A stretch of DNA of 56,607 nucleotides, taken from the IMG/VR virus record IMGVR_UViG_3300024232_000327, positions 1 through 56,607 of that record, one strand, 5' to 3'. Below the pieces are notes generated by a model. That model was given only the letters and a program-made list of their open reading frames with translations, was not told the DNA's origin and ran no database searches. How positions within the stretch are numbered: the first letter of the stretch is position 1; every line of letters begins with the position of its first letter. Shown in pieces: positions 8,917-18,454 of this stretch. A program made the position numbers and the translations under genes. The DNA comes from a virus (lineage: Duplodnaviria; Caudoviricetes).

Positions 8917-9121
8917 GAATCATCTATAAGTACGACGGCAAGGCGGTCGGCGGACCCTGCAACGACGGGAGGCTCGAGGCAGACTTTCCTCATGTCACGA
9001 TCCCGCTCCACGTGCCAGGCACCTCCGGGTTCTGCTCGGGTCAGTACGTATTCAACGAGCTCCTCGGCATCTGGCTGTGGGACGGCCAGTGGCCTCCGCG
9101 TCTCGGGAAGGAGAAGAGATC

Positions 9122-9316
9122 GTGAGCGGCCACAGCGGCTTCGAGATCACCTGCACGGTGTGCAACTTCGAGGGCGGAGAGATCGCAGCGTGCAAGGTGA
9201 ACGACGTGCCGATGATCGCGATCCGCTGTCCGAACTGCAAGCGGATCGTAGCCAAGCGGACCGACGGAACCGACTGGCACGAGCTGAGCACCGTGCCGCA
9301 GACGAAGAGGAGCTGA
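9122..9316 (+). CDS. small Zn-ribbon protein
   Basis: CTVC...CPNC; GTG start overlapping the previous stop. Confidence 0.5.
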   Translation: MSGHSGFEITCTVCNFEGGEIAACKVNDVPMIAIRCPNCKRIVAKRTDGTDWHELSTVPQTKRS

Positions 9317-9317
9317 G

Positions 9318-9668
9318 ATGGACAGCCTCAAGCGACTGCGTCAGGTGTCGCAGCAGCGACAGGTCGAGTGGCTCGGAGCCACGGCAGGTGGCCTCAAGCC
9401 GAGCCTCTCGTTCATGGGGAACGAGATGGCAGGCGAGGTCGGCGAGGCGTGCAACGTCATCAAGAAGATCGAGCGGGAGTGGATGGGCCTCCCCGGCAGT
9501 CGCGCCACGAACGACGACCTGGCGATGGAGCTGGCCGACGTGATCATCACCGTGGACCTGATCGCTGCCAGGATGAACATCGACCTCGAGACGGCAGTCG
9601 CCATGACGTTCGACCGCAAGAGCGAGGCGATGGGGTTCAAGACCAGGTTCTACCAAGACGAGAAGTGA
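9318..9668 (+). CDS. mazG: MazG-like nucleotide pyrophosphohydrolase
   Basis: EMAGEVGEACNVIKK...LAMELADVII all-alpha NTP-PPase motif. Confidence 0.85.
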   Translation: MDSLKRLRQVSQQRQVEWLGATAGGLKPSLSFMGNEMAGEVGEACNVIKKIEREWMGLPGSRATNDDLAMELADVIITVDLIAARMNIDLETAVAMTFDRKSEAMGFKTRFYQDEK

Positions 9669-9700
9669 GTTCCTACTTCTTCAACCCAAGGAGACACGAC

Positions 9701-10579
9701 ATGGCTAAGCAGGCTACAGACGTCGCGGCCCACGCCAAGGTGGGACTGCCAGCGGAGGCGAGCGACCTCGACGAGATGATGCGTCAAGATGCGGGGATGG
9801 GCATCAGCAACCGCGCCGAGGACAACATCGTCCCGCAGCTCAAGGTCCTTCAGCCTCTCAGCCCTGAGGTCACCGAGGGGCCCGAGAAGGTGCCTGGAGC
9901 CCAGGCTGGCGACTTCCTCCTGGGTACCACGCTGATCAAGGGGAAGGAGGGCATCTGGTTCCAGCCCTGCCACATGGACCACAAGCTGTTCGAGTTCATG
10001 CCGCTGGACCGCGGCGGGGGATTCGTGGCCGAGCACCCGATGAAGCGCGACGCGAAGGGCATCGCGGTGTTCACCGACGAGGGAGATCCCGCTCTGCCGC
10101 AGCGGGCGGTGAAGCTCGACAGGTTCCGCTACGAGATCAACGACAACAACCTGATCCACTACCGCCAGCTCGCGGGGTTCGCGTGGAAGTACTCGGACAA
10201 GGAGCTCGAGACGACGGGTCAGCCCTACGTCATCAGCTTCAAGTCGACGGGCCACACCACGATGAGACAGTGGATGACCAAGGCGAGCCGCTCCAACCAG
10301 ATGAAGGACGGCACCCAGCGGCCGCTGTTCGCTCACCTGTACCACCTCACCACGTCGCATCAGCGCAACGCCAAGGGTCAGTGGTACAGTCTCGAGGTCG
10401 GCGACGCGGAGCTGATCCGCAAGGGCTTGGTCAGCGACCCGAACAGCGTCTACCTGATGGGTCGCGCCCTCGCCAGCGCCTTCGCGTCTGGGGAGAAGGA
10501 GAGCGCCAAGCCGGAGCGAGCGGAGAGCGAAGACGCTCCGCGTCGCGACAACGACGGCGACAGGGAGATCCCGTTCTAG
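9701..10579 (+). CDS. putative single-stranded DNA-binding protein
   Basis: GGAGAC RBS before ATG 9701; VPQLKVLQPLSPEV...GDF; acidic C-terminal tail ending DREIPF. Confidence 0.65.
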   Translation: MAKQATDVAAHAKVGLPAEASDLDEMMRQDAGMGISNRAEDNIVPQLKVLQPLSPEVTEGPEKVPGAQAGDFLLGTTLIKGKEGIWFQPCHMDHKLFEFMPLDRGGGFVAEHPMKRDAKGIAVFTDEGDPALPQRAVKLDRFRYEINDNNLIHYRQLAGFAWKYSDKELETTGQPYVISFKSTGHTTMRQWMTKASRSNQMKDGTQRPLFAHLYHLTTSHQRNAKGQWYSLEVGDAELIRKGLVSDPNSVYLMGRALASAFASGEKESAKPERAESEDAPRRDNDGDREIPF

Positions 10580-10701
10580 ATCTCGGGGGAGGAGAGGTGA
10601 CGCAGCAGGTGCCCTGGACCGTCCTCGCTCGCGGTCGACTGTGTCGACTAGGCACCTCGCGAGCCGCCGAGGCGGGCTGCGATCATCTCTAATCAGAAGG
10701 A

Positions 10702-11526
10702 GTGACAGAAGTGGTCTCCAACGTCAAGGTTGAAGGTGCATCCCCTCGACCCCACCTGTCTGAGATCGAGGCGCAGCGGCGGTGTCTCCCTGCTGACGAC
10801 TCGTGCGGACCACGGACAGGTGACGACGGCAGAGCGCAAGCCGGTGCAGGGCCACTCTTGGTTCACTGGATGAGCATGATGAGCAGGCTCGCGTCGCTTC
10901 AGCGCTTCTCGATGGAGCGGCTGGCCAACCGGGAGTCAGTTCTCGAGCACCTGGGTCAGGTGGTCCTCACCTCTCTCATGCTCGCCAGCGAGATCCGCAA
11001 CCGCGACTCCAAGGTCAGGATCGACCTGTTCACCGTCATGGCTCGAGCCGCGGTCCACGACACCGAGGAGGTGATCACCGGAGACATCGCCAGGCCTACC
11101 AAATATGCCTCGCGGGAGACCCAGGAGATGTTTCGCAAGCTGAGCGCGAGCGCCGTCGAGGACATCGCGAGCGAGCTCTCGAGCCGCGCCGACCTCCCTG
11201 GGTTCGCCAGCGTGATGCGGGCCAATCATCGCAACGCCAAGGGCGCTGGCATCGAGGGGTGCGTCGTGGCCCTGGCCGACATCCTGGCGGTGGTGACGAA
11301 GGTGTGGGAGGAGGTGATCCTCCGCAACAGCGGCGCGATGATCCGTCAGGCCCATACGGCACGAAAGCAGCTGGTCGCGTACCAGAAGCGGATCAACGAC
11401 GAGGTCGACCGTGACTCACCGACCCACGCGTTCCTCAGCAGAGTCGTCGTCGAGGCGCTGCTGATAGCCGACGAGGCGATCTGTCGTGACTCCCGGTGGC
11501 TCGGGACCAAGGTGGAGACCTACTGA
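10702..11526 (+). CDS. HD-domain 5'-deoxynucleotidase/dNTPase (YfbR/DatZ-like); true start may be about 10870
   Basis: RESVLEH...VHDTEEVITGDIARPTK...ALAD. Confidence 0.85.
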   Translation: MTEVVSNVKVEGASPRPHLSEIEAQRRCLPADDSCGPRTGDDGRAQAGAGPLLVHWMSMMSRLASLQRFSMERLANRESVLEHLGQVVLTSLMLASEIRNRDSKVRIDLFTVMARAAVHDTEEVITGDIARPTKYASRETQEMFRKLSASAVEDIASELSSRADLPGFASVMRANHRNAKGAGIEGCVVALADILAVVTKVWEEVILRNSGAMIRQAHTARKQLVAYQKRINDEVDRDSPTHAFLSRVVVEALLIADEAICRDSRWLGTKVETY

Positions 11527-11766
11527 TCTTGAAATGGCTGGCGGTAAGGCGCGAGCTAGAACGAGGCCAGATCGACGCGGGATGTCAATTGTGTAAACCG
11601 CCCATCCCGCGACGAATTTAGGAAGAATGAGATGCGAGAAGGCGACGTACTCGACAGCCCGACCCTGTGTCACGAGATCGCGGAGGCAGCGCTGCGAGCC
11701 GCGGCTGGAGTCACTACTTCAGGGTCCGCTTCAGGTCATCTAGTGTAAACATTTTCTCAGAGGGTA

Positions 11767-11795
11767 TTTACAGCCGAAGGATTTGAAGATATATA
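11767..11795 (+). promoter_or_regulatory. phage promoter
   Basis: TTTACA-N17-TATATA. Confidence 0.55.
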
Positions 11796-11843
11796 CCACG
11801 CACCGCAGCGATGCGGATCAGCCGTGAGAGAGGAGACCCAGTC

Positions 11844-12272
11844 ATGGCAAGGCGTTCATCTTCACTTCAGTTCGAAGACCTGCCCGGTGGCACCAGCGGT
11901 GGACCTGGCAGCAAGCGCGACATGAGCAAGTCGCTGATGAGCTACCGGAAAGACGGCTACGCCGTGTTCTATCCGACGCAAGATCAGATCGACAAGCTCG
12001 GCAACTACGTCAAGGTCCAGCTCATGCGAGAGAGCGGTCAGGTCGTAGGCTCCCACCTGAAGCGCTCGAGTCGCGACGAGAGCGGCAGCATCGTGCTGCG
12101 TACCACCGTGGACACGGAGCGACCCAACTACCCCATCCCGATGAAGCGGGTCGGCCGCATCCGCATCGCCCAGGACGCGATGCGACGCGAGGAGGTGCAA
12201 ACCGAAGTCGACGCCGCCGGCCTCCGCGTCTGGTTCCCGGACGGGTGGACGGTGATGGAGACGGTCCGCTAG
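11844..12272 (+). CDS. hypothetical protein
   Basis: GGAGAC RBS before ATG 11844. Confidence 0.65.
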   Translation: MARRSSSLQFEDLPGGTSGGPGSKRDMSKSLMSYRKDGYAVFYPTQDQIDKLGNYVKVQLMRESGQVVGSHLKRSSRDESGSIVLRTTVDTERPNYPIPMKRVGRIRIAQDAMRREEVQTEVDAAGLRVWFPDGWTVMETVR

Positions 12273-12315
12273 AAGATCCGTAGCTCGAGGAGTAAATAGG
12301 AAGGAAAACTTTATA

Positions 12316-12344
12316 TTTACTCCTCGACCTTCATGTGGTATGCG
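12316..12344 (+). promoter_or_regulatory. phage promoter
   Basis: TTTACT-N17-TATGCG with GG, in an AT-rich intergenic stretch. Confidence 0.55.
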
Positions 12345-12432
12345 AAAACAATGGAAAAGCGATAATGTAAAAACTGCCGAGGAGGAAATTATCTATTTCC
12401 TTTTCGATCTTTGTGATTATTGAGAGGATCTC

Positions 12433-13620
12433 ATGACCAAGATCAAGGACGGCGGAGTTCAGGGCAGGATGCTGCCGTTCGTCGAGTCGCTGAAGGGCGG
12501 TCCCGGCTCCGAGATGAAGATCCACGTGATGAGCAGCGACGGCATGAGCCTTGCCGCCGAGGCGTGGCGGCTCTCTCGCGACGTGGACAAGCTGATCGAG
12601 TGGCAGGACATCTACACCGTCGACTCGCCCTGCTGCGAGATGCCGTCGGCGTTCTGCCACTTCCACAACTTCACCATCCTCGAGCGGGAGATCTTCGCCA
12701 GCTCGAGGACCCACGTGATGTGGGCCAGGACCTCGTTCGTAGACTCGCCGGAGAAGTACACCGTCCCTGCCGACCTGATCCAGTACGTCGACGTCACGGC
12801 GCACTACGAGATGAAGCGGAAGATGCAGAAGGGCAAGGAGTCGGGCCAGCACCAGGACGAGTGGAGGCGCTTCCTCCCCGTCATCGCGCTGACCTCGTTC
12901 ACGATGCGAGTCTCGTACCGCGACGCGATCAAGTATGCCAAGTACTTCGAGCACCTGGCTCACGAGTGTGACGAGTCCCTCCAGTCGCGATTCATCAGCA
13001 TCTACAGCGAGCTCAAGCGCCTCGCGACCCACTTCACCGGGTCGTACAAGATGACCGAGGCCGCGATGGATCTGATGAGCACGTCGAAGTTCCTCCACGA
13101 GGGACAAGTAACTCCGACTGTGACCAACCTCAACGGCGGGATGATCGACACCGGAGCCGTGATGGTGTCCACGTTCACCGTGCCGTTCTGGATCAGGGCC
13201 CACTTCGTACGTCACAGGCCGATCACCATCGCCGACGACCTGTTCCAGGTGCTCAAGCGACCCGACGTCGTCGACCTGATGATCAGCCACCAGGTGACCA
13301 TGCAGGTAGCTGCCAGCAGAGAGATCTGGCGCTCGCTCCTGGGCAAGCGGAGCTGCTGGCTGACCCAGTCGACGCTGAGCCGCGAGAGAGATCCGTGGCA
13401 GCAGATCCTGGATCAGTTCGGGAAGCACGTCCTGCCGTGCGCCGGCAGCGAGTGCCCCTACCACCGCGACGCTCGCAACCGCATCGAAGGCACCGACCCT
13501 GGGTGCCCGTGTCCGCGGTACCTCAAGCTGAACGGTATAGATGCAGCTCCGTTCCTCCCGCGGATCGACCAGGCTCTCAGGAGTCGTGCTGAGTACTGGC
13601 AAGATGAGGTGGTCAGGTGA
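12433..13620 (+). CDS. divergent tandem-domain FAD-dependent thymidylate synthase (ThyX)-like protein
   Basis: FWIRAHFVRHR (ThyX RHR motif) in the second half; QDEWRRFLP...TSFTMRVSYRD resembles ThyX E.AR..LP...T......N.R in the first half. Confidence 0.6.
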   Translation: MTKIKDGGVQGRMLPFVESLKGGPGSEMKIHVMSSDGMSLAAEAWRLSRDVDKLIEWQDIYTVDSPCCEMPSAFCHFHNFTILEREIFASSRTHVMWARTSFVDSPEKYTVPADLIQYVDVTAHYEMKRKMQKGKESGQHQDEWRRFLPVIALTSFTMRVSYRDAIKYAKYFEHLAHECDESLQSRFISIYSELKRLATHFTGSYKMTEAAMDLMSTSKFLHEGQVTPTVTNLNGGMIDTGAVMVSTFTVPFWIRAHFVRHRPITIADDLFQVLKRPDVVDLMISHQVTMQVAASREIWRSLLGKRSCWLTQSTLSRERDPWQQILDQFGKHVLPCAGSECPYHRDARNRIEGTDPGCPCPRYLKLNGIDAAPFLPRIDQALRSRAEYWQDEVVR

Positions 13621-13710
13621 TCCGCAACGTAGTATTCTTCACGATCTGCGCCATCTACGCCGTGGCCGTGATCGTGGCGTTCGTCCTCTGAGGCGTGAGA
13701 AGGAGACACG

Positions 13711-14283
13711 ATGTCGATCCTCAACGGCAACAGCAAGCGAAGTCAGAAGCCGCCGGCTCCGGTCCAGCTCCGTGAGGAGCCGCCCGAGCTGCCGCGGGCA
13801 CCCCAGCTGCCAGTGCGAGCTCCGCAGGACAGCCGCCGCCACGTCCTCGCCGAGCGAGCGGCTGAGGCCGCTCAGTACGTCGTCGACCTCGAGCACGAGC
13901 GAGACGTGCTGCGTCAGTCCCTCGGCGACGCCAAGAGCGAGATCCACTTCCTGCGGATGACCCTCGAGGCGGCGAGCATGGAGACCGCCAAGATGCGGGA
14001 GAGCCGTGACTACCTGGTGGGTCAGCTGGCAGGCCTGAGGAGCAGAGCCGACCTGCTGGCGAAGAACCTCCTCGACCTCGTCGACGACGCGCGGAAGACC
14101 CAGGTCGAGGCGCCGGTCAACGAGTTCGCTCCGCAGCCGAAGAGGGAGCTCGTGGACCTCGACCGCCTCGGAGAGGAGGTGATGGCCCAGACGGAGGCGA
14201 TCATCAGAGACGAGCCGCTGCCGTCGTTCCTCGACAAGCAAGAGTCGCACCCCATCGAGTCAGAAAGGGTGGACCGGACGTGA
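13711..14283 (+). CDS. coiled-coil hypothetical protein
   Basis: GGAGAC RBS; heptad-rich central region. Confidence 0.65.
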   Translation: MSILNGNSKRSQKPPAPVQLREEPPELPRAPQLPVRAPQDSRRHVLAERAAEAAQYVVDLEHERDVLRQSLGDAKSEIHFLRMTLEAASMETAKMRESRDYLVGQLAGLRSRADLLAKNLLDLVDDARKTQVEAPVNEFAPQPKRELVDLDRLGEEVMAQTEAIIRDEPLPSFLDKQESHPIESERVDRT

Positions 14284-14887
14284 GCATCTCCGTCATCCTC
14301 GCCGTGGTGGCCGTCGTCAACGCTGTCATAGCCTCCATCCTCGTCTGGGTCGTCATTCAGATCGTCGACCTAGACAGGAGAATCCGCAGGATGAGCCAGG
14401 ACTGCACCACGCGTCGCATCAACAGCTGGTGGGACAGATGATCGACGTCGAGATAGACGTAGTCGACCTCGACTACGTCGAGGTCTGCGGTCAGCGGATC
14501 AAGCGACCCTCCGGGGTGTCGCGGAGCGAGTGGCTCGAGTTCTGGAATGCCGCTAGGCTCTACACAGAGGGCTACTACTTCACAACGGAGTAACATGGCG
14601 ATGGACGAGAAGAGACGAGAAGCGATGAACTTCCTGACCCGTCTCGGGGCAGAGGGCCACGTGAGCTTCGAGCAGATAGCTCTCGCGATGAAGGGCAACA
14701 TGGTGTGGTGCCGGAACGGAGAGTTCGCGTCAGAAGCCACTCCATGCGACGAGGTGATCTGCCAGTTCAAGAAGAGTCAGCGGCGACTGGCTACTCCTGC
14801 TGAGCTCTGCAAGTGTCACACATTTCAGATAACTCTGTTCTCCTCGAGATGGGCTACTGCCCGTCACGTCTACCCGGAGGCTACGAG

Positions 14888-15364
14888 ATGAGGATCTACC
14901 TGGCAGCTCCGTTCTTCACCCCGTCCCAGCTCGAGCTGGTCAAATATGTCGAGGACACCCTCGTGTGGTTCAAGACTTCGTACCCGGAGAAGGAGATCCG
15001 CGTCTACTCTCCGCGTCTCGGGAACGGCGTCATCACCGAGATGACCAGGGAGGAGCGACTCAAGATGAGCCCCACGATCTTCAGGTCCAACGTCGACGAG
15101 ATCAAGAGGGCCAACCTGGTGTTCGCCGTCGTGGACGACCGCGACCCCGGGGTGATCTGGGAGATGGGATATGCCTACGGCATCGGCGTGCCGATCGTCA
15201 GCTTCACTGACAAGGGCTACGGCCTCAACGTCATGGTGAAGGAGTGCGTCACGGCCCACGTGAAGGGTCGCGAGGCGCTGAGCGAGTTCTTCACCACCTA
15301 CGTCGAGAACGGCCTCAGCGCCTGCCGCGCCAAGTTCTCCAACTTCGACCCGGCGGCGTCATGA
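14888..15364 (+). CDS. nucleoside 2-deoxyribosyltransferase / N-glycosidase family protein
   Basis: MRIYLAAPFF...YSP...IF..NVDEI....D.RDPGVIWEMGYAYG. Confidence 0.9.
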   Translation: MRIYLAAPFFTPSQLELVKYVEDTLVWFKTSYPEKEIRVYSPRLGNGVITEMTREERLKMSPTIFRSNVDEIKRANLVFAVVDDRDPGVIWEMGYAYGIGVPIVSFTDKGYGLNVMVKECVTAHVKGREALSEFFTTYVENGLSACRAKFSNFDPAAS

Positions 15365-15549
15365 CGGAGATCCTAGCCTCGATCGACGCCCCGCACTTCT
15401 TCGCGGGCGTCGTCCTGTGGGACGACAAGGTAGTCGAGGCTGCCGACGTCGTGAAGTACATGCGGAGGTGGTCGAGATCCAGGGTCCGCGACTACTGCAG
15501 TCGCAAGGGATGGAAGATCGTCGTGGTCTATCAGATGGAGCGATCTTGA
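15361..15549 (+). CDS. small hypothetical protein
   Basis: MTEILASIDAPHFFAG...; overlapping start/stop coupling. Confidence 0.55.
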   Translation: MTEILASIDAPHFFAGVVLWDDKVVEAADVVKYMRRWSRSRVRDYCSRKGWKIVVVYQMERS

Positions 15550-15998
15550 TGAAGGCGGTGATAGTCGGCCTCTTCAACCCGAAGAGTCAAGACCCTGCCT
15601 ACGCGATGGAGCCGTTCACGCCGAACGGGTCCGGCGAGCGTCTGTGGAAGATGCTCAGCGAGGTGGTACCTGTCACCAAGCAGGACTACGTCGGCCACTT
15701 CGAGATGATCAACGTGATCGACACCGACAAGGTCACGTGGGAAGACGTCGAGTACTTCGAGGCTCGAGCCATAGAGATAGAGAGGAGGGTCGAGTCACGA
15801 CCTGCCGCAGTCCTCGGCATCATGGCGTGGACCTCCCTCCGCGTCGAGAGAAGTCCGATCCGCAAGACCGACTGGTTCGGTCACTACAAGAACTGGTGGC
15901 TTCTCCCTCACCCCTCGGGCCTGTGCCGCGTGTACAACGACCCGGTGATGCGTCGCAGGGCCGGAGAGGCTCTCGCCAAGATCGGAGGTCTGCTGTGA
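15549..15998 (+). CDS. uracil-DNA glycosylase-like protein
   Basis: IVG..P, SGERL, N, AVLG and LLPHPSGLCR.YN motifs of the UDG superfamily. Confidence 0.65.
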   Translation: MKAVIVGLFNPKSQDPAYAMEPFTPNGSGERLWKMLSEVVPVTKQDYVGHFEMINVIDTDKVTWEDVEYFEARAIEIERRVESRPAAVLGIMAWTSLRVERSPIRKTDWFGHYKNWWLLPHPSGLCRVYNDPVMRRRAGEALAKIGGLL

Positions 15999-16411
15999 TC
16001 GTAGTCGTGGGGTTGGACAACACGCTGTGCCAGAGCAGGTGGCGCAGCTCGCTCATCGAGACCGAGGGGTGGGAGGCGTACCACGAGAAGCTGGTGGCAG
16101 ACGAGCCGAACCGGATCATGAAGCAGCTCGTGGCCAGTCTCAAGGCCGGCGACCACATCGTCGTAGCCTGCACGTCACGGCCAGACCGCTGGAGGATGGC
16201 CACCTACGGGTGGCTCATGCGGAAGGAGATCGTCGTCGACGAGCTGCTGATGCGGGCCGACAACGACTTTCGCCCTGCCTCCCAGGTGAAGATCGACCTG
16301 GTGGACAAGGCTGTCGGAATGAGTAAACTGGACCTCGTCATCGACGACCGCGACGACGTGCTCGCGGCGTTCCGTGCCAAGGAGATCTGCTGCCTTCAGT
16401 TCGCGAGATGA
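15995..16411 (+). CDS. HAD-superfamily (PNK 3'-phosphatase-like) protein
   Basis: GLDNTL, CTSRP, LLMR..ND.RP....K and IDDR motifs; first Asp of motif I is replaced by Gly. Confidence 0.75.
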   Translation: MIVVVGLDNTLCQSRWRSSLIETEGWEAYHEKLVADEPNRIMKQLVASLKAGDHIVVACTSRPDRWRMATYGWLMRKEIVVDELLMRADNDFRPASQVKIDLVDKAVGMSKLDLVIDDRDDVLAAFRAKEICCLQFAR

Positions 16412-16813
16412 CGTGTGGTGGTGACGTGTCAGGACATGAGCGCAGGCTGGGTCGTGCTGTGGATCATAGTCCTCGGATTGCTGGTGCTGTGTCCACTAGC
16501 CGCAGGTGTCGCAGTCATTCAGAGGAGAATCAGATGGACGAGGGCTACTCACGCTCCGTATCTTGCTTTGCGCTAGGGCCGATCGCCTGCTTCGCGTACC
16601 CGCTGTCGCTGCCGGCGGCACTATGGTTCTGGCTATGACCGCTATGACCGTCTATCTCATCATCACCGAAGACGTGAATCACGTCTGGTTCAGTGATCCT
16701 AGAGCGTTCAAGACCGAGCAGGATGCGCGGGATTGGTCAGCCAAGCAGCCGCCTTCACCTGACGGCTACACTAGGGTTCTCTACCGATGTCACGAAACGG
16801 AGACTCTAGAGTG

Positions 16814-16951
16814 ATGTGGGGCTGCATCGCAGAGTATCAGCGCGTGATCCTGACAGTCTGGTGGATCTTGCTGGGGCTGATCGCGCTGTCTGGTTCTGCG
16901 ATTGTCGTGGGTGCGGCCTTGTCTATCGTGTACAATTTTTGCTGCAATTGA
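16814..16951 (+). CDS. small membrane peptide (45 aa)
   Basis: read by hand: MWGCIAEYQRVILTVWWILLGLIAL...YNFCCN*. Confidence 0.5.
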   Translation: MWGCIAEYQRVILTVWWILLGLIALSGSAIVVGAALSIVYNFCCN

Positions 16952-16992
16952 GGAGCGTGGCTCGCCAGCAGGGAAAAGTAGAGGAGCGCTTA

Positions 16993-17181
16993 ATGTTAAT
17001 GGACGCCCGCGACAACCTCGACCGGATAATGCAATGTTCTCACTGTGGGTGGGCCGGTCGTCTCAGCCAATGCAAGCTAAAGGCGTCGCCGGTCTCTTGC
17101 CCGAGGTGCGATTGCGGCGATGTCGGCTATCTCATCCCGGATGGAGATTTCTTACTGCCGGGCAGGCATGCCGTGAATTGA
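16993..17181 (+). CDS. small Zn-ribbon protein
   Basis: CSHCGW...CPRC, following a GAGGAGC junction. Confidence 0.55.
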   Translation: MLMDARDNLDRIMQCSHCGWAGRLSQCKLKASPVSCPRCDCGDVGYLIPDGDFLLPGRHAVN

Positions 17182-17197
17182 GGAGCCGATTGTAGCT

Positions 17198-17515
17198 ATG
17201 GCCAGGCCGCTGCAGAAAACTTATGACCCGATAAATCCATTCGTCGTGGAGCGCCACGACCAGGAGGACGGCTCGATCACCTACGAGGTGTGGGACAGTC
17301 GGCCAGCCACCTACCGTCGGCTCTGCTCGATCAATGAATGGAATGACGGCGGTGATGAAGACGACGAGGAGCGTGAGCTAAGCACCGCAAAAGCGGACGC
17401 CGATATGATCTCAACAGCGTTAAACATGGTGTTCGGGTCGCGCGACTTCAAATCTGCAAAGCTGCGCACGATCAAAGGGGCCGTCATGACTGTTCAACAG
17501 GACAAGCAAAAATAG
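17198..17515 (+). CDS. hypothetical protein
   Basis: 105-aa ORF bounded by two junctions. Confidence 0.6.
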   Translation: MARPLQKTYDPINPFVVERHDQEDGSITYEVWDSRPATYRRLCSINEWNDGGDEDDEERELSTAKADADMISTALNMVFGSRDFKSAKLRTIKGAVMTVQQDKQK

Positions 17516-17521
17516 GAGCCT

Positions 17522-17622
17522 TTGACGGGGACGTGGAAAGTCAATCCACATTGCGGGCTGAGACATCGCCCGCGTCGGCCGGGTGGGTCTCGGCTTCTGG
17601 GGTAGCGCCCTAAACCCGTCAA
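17522..17622 (+). ncRNA. candidate structured RNA (closing stem plus four hairpins)
   Basis: TTGACGGG/CCCGTCAA closing stem; GTGGA/TCCAC, GCGGGC/GCCCGC, GCCGGG/CTCGGC and GGGG/CCCT hairpins. Confidence 0.5.
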
Positions 17623-17640
17623 GCACAAAAGGAGCAGATT

Positions 17641-17718
17641 TTGGAGTACATCCTAATCCTCATTCTAGTCGTCGGCGCAACAATGAACTGGCCGTGCGAT
17701 CCCGATCTGAGATGGTGA
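17641..17718 (+). CDS. 25-aa hydrophobic peptide
   Basis: TTG start after a junction: MEYILILILVVGATMNWPCDPDLRW*. Confidence 0.4.
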   Translation: MEYILILILVVGATMNWPCDPDLRW

Positions 17719-17736
17719 TAAAAAGAGGAGCGTCGA

Positions 17737-17892
17737 GTGAGCACCTTCGGACATGATGAGCCAGACCTTTGTGCCTGTGGGCAAAAAATTGATCACAAGA
17801 CCCCCTGCTTGTTGCGCCCCGGCCCCATCACGACGGAACAACTAGACGTGCTGCAATTTGGTCGTGTGCTACATCGCAGACCTGCAAAATAG
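17737..17892 (+). CDS. small hypothetical protein (51 aa)
   Basis: GTG after a junction: MSTFGHDEPDLCACG...RRPAK*, with the stop inside the next junction. Confidence 0.5.
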   Translation: MSTFGHDEPDLCACGQKIDHKTPCLLRPGPITTEQLDVLQFGRVLHRRPAK

Positions 17893-17901
17893 GAGCCGAT
17901 T

Positions 17902-18147
17902 GTGCGATTGGACGAATGGTCGGAATTGCTCGCGAGCCAGCTTGATAAGGAGCGCAAGGAACTTTCTGAGAATCCACGCCACCAGATCGACGAGGATTAC
18001 ATTCAGATGATGTATGCATTGCGTCATATCACGGACACCCGGTTTCGGTTAAGAGACGCTCCCGCCCAGGAGCTTTTGGAGGAATGCCAGAACACTGCAT
18101 ACAGATCGCTGTATGATCTCGGTAGATGGTGGCGAGAGGCCGAATAA
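17902..18147 (+). CDS. hypothetical protein
   Basis: 81-aa ORF following a junction. Confidence 0.55.
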   Translation: MRLDEWSELLASQLDKERKELSENPRHQIDEDYIQMMYALRHITDTRFRLRDAPAQELLEECQNTAYRSLYDLGRWWREAE

Positions 18148-18322
18148 AATGCGAGTCGTGGGTGGTCGTCGAGATGATGATGGCTCACCCCGAGATGACG
18201 CGCGAGGAAGCCAAGCGCATCTATGACAGCGTGAAATAAGGGAGCGTCGAATGGACGACCCGTTGAAGCATACGCCATCTTGTGAATTGTAGCCTGCGGG
18301 CTGTGCAATAAAGGAGCTGTTT

Positions 18323-18445
18323 GTGAAGAAGCCAAAGCCGGTCACTGAGTGGGAAATGGCGATCATAGCCGCCGGATATTTCTGGCGCGGCACGTCCATC
18401 ACGGATGGTGCTTTGGCAATTCTGCGGCAAGTGTATGGAAAATAG
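18323..18445 (+). CDS. small hypothetical protein (40 aa)
   Basis: MKKPKPVTEWEMAIIAAGYFW...VYGK*, between two junctions. Confidence 0.5.
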   Translation: MKKPKPVTEWEMAIIAAGYFWRGTSITDGALAILRQVYGK

Positions 18446-18454
18446 GAGCGTTTA

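Noticed and set aside
9318-11526. 2-aminoadenine (Z) genome pathway
   Set aside because: HD and MazG-like genes are present, but I see no PurZ/adenylosuccinate synthetase homolog in the window
11570-11615. Hairpin CGCGGGATG/CATCCCGCG as an ncRNA
   Set aside because: A single 9-bp stem without further support; it could be chance or a simple terminator-like element
12331-13602. Long antisense ORFs (also 22022-23515, 33355-34509, 40947-42362, 48481-49518)
   Set aside because: Shadow frames opposite well-supported genes, expected from the strong codon bias
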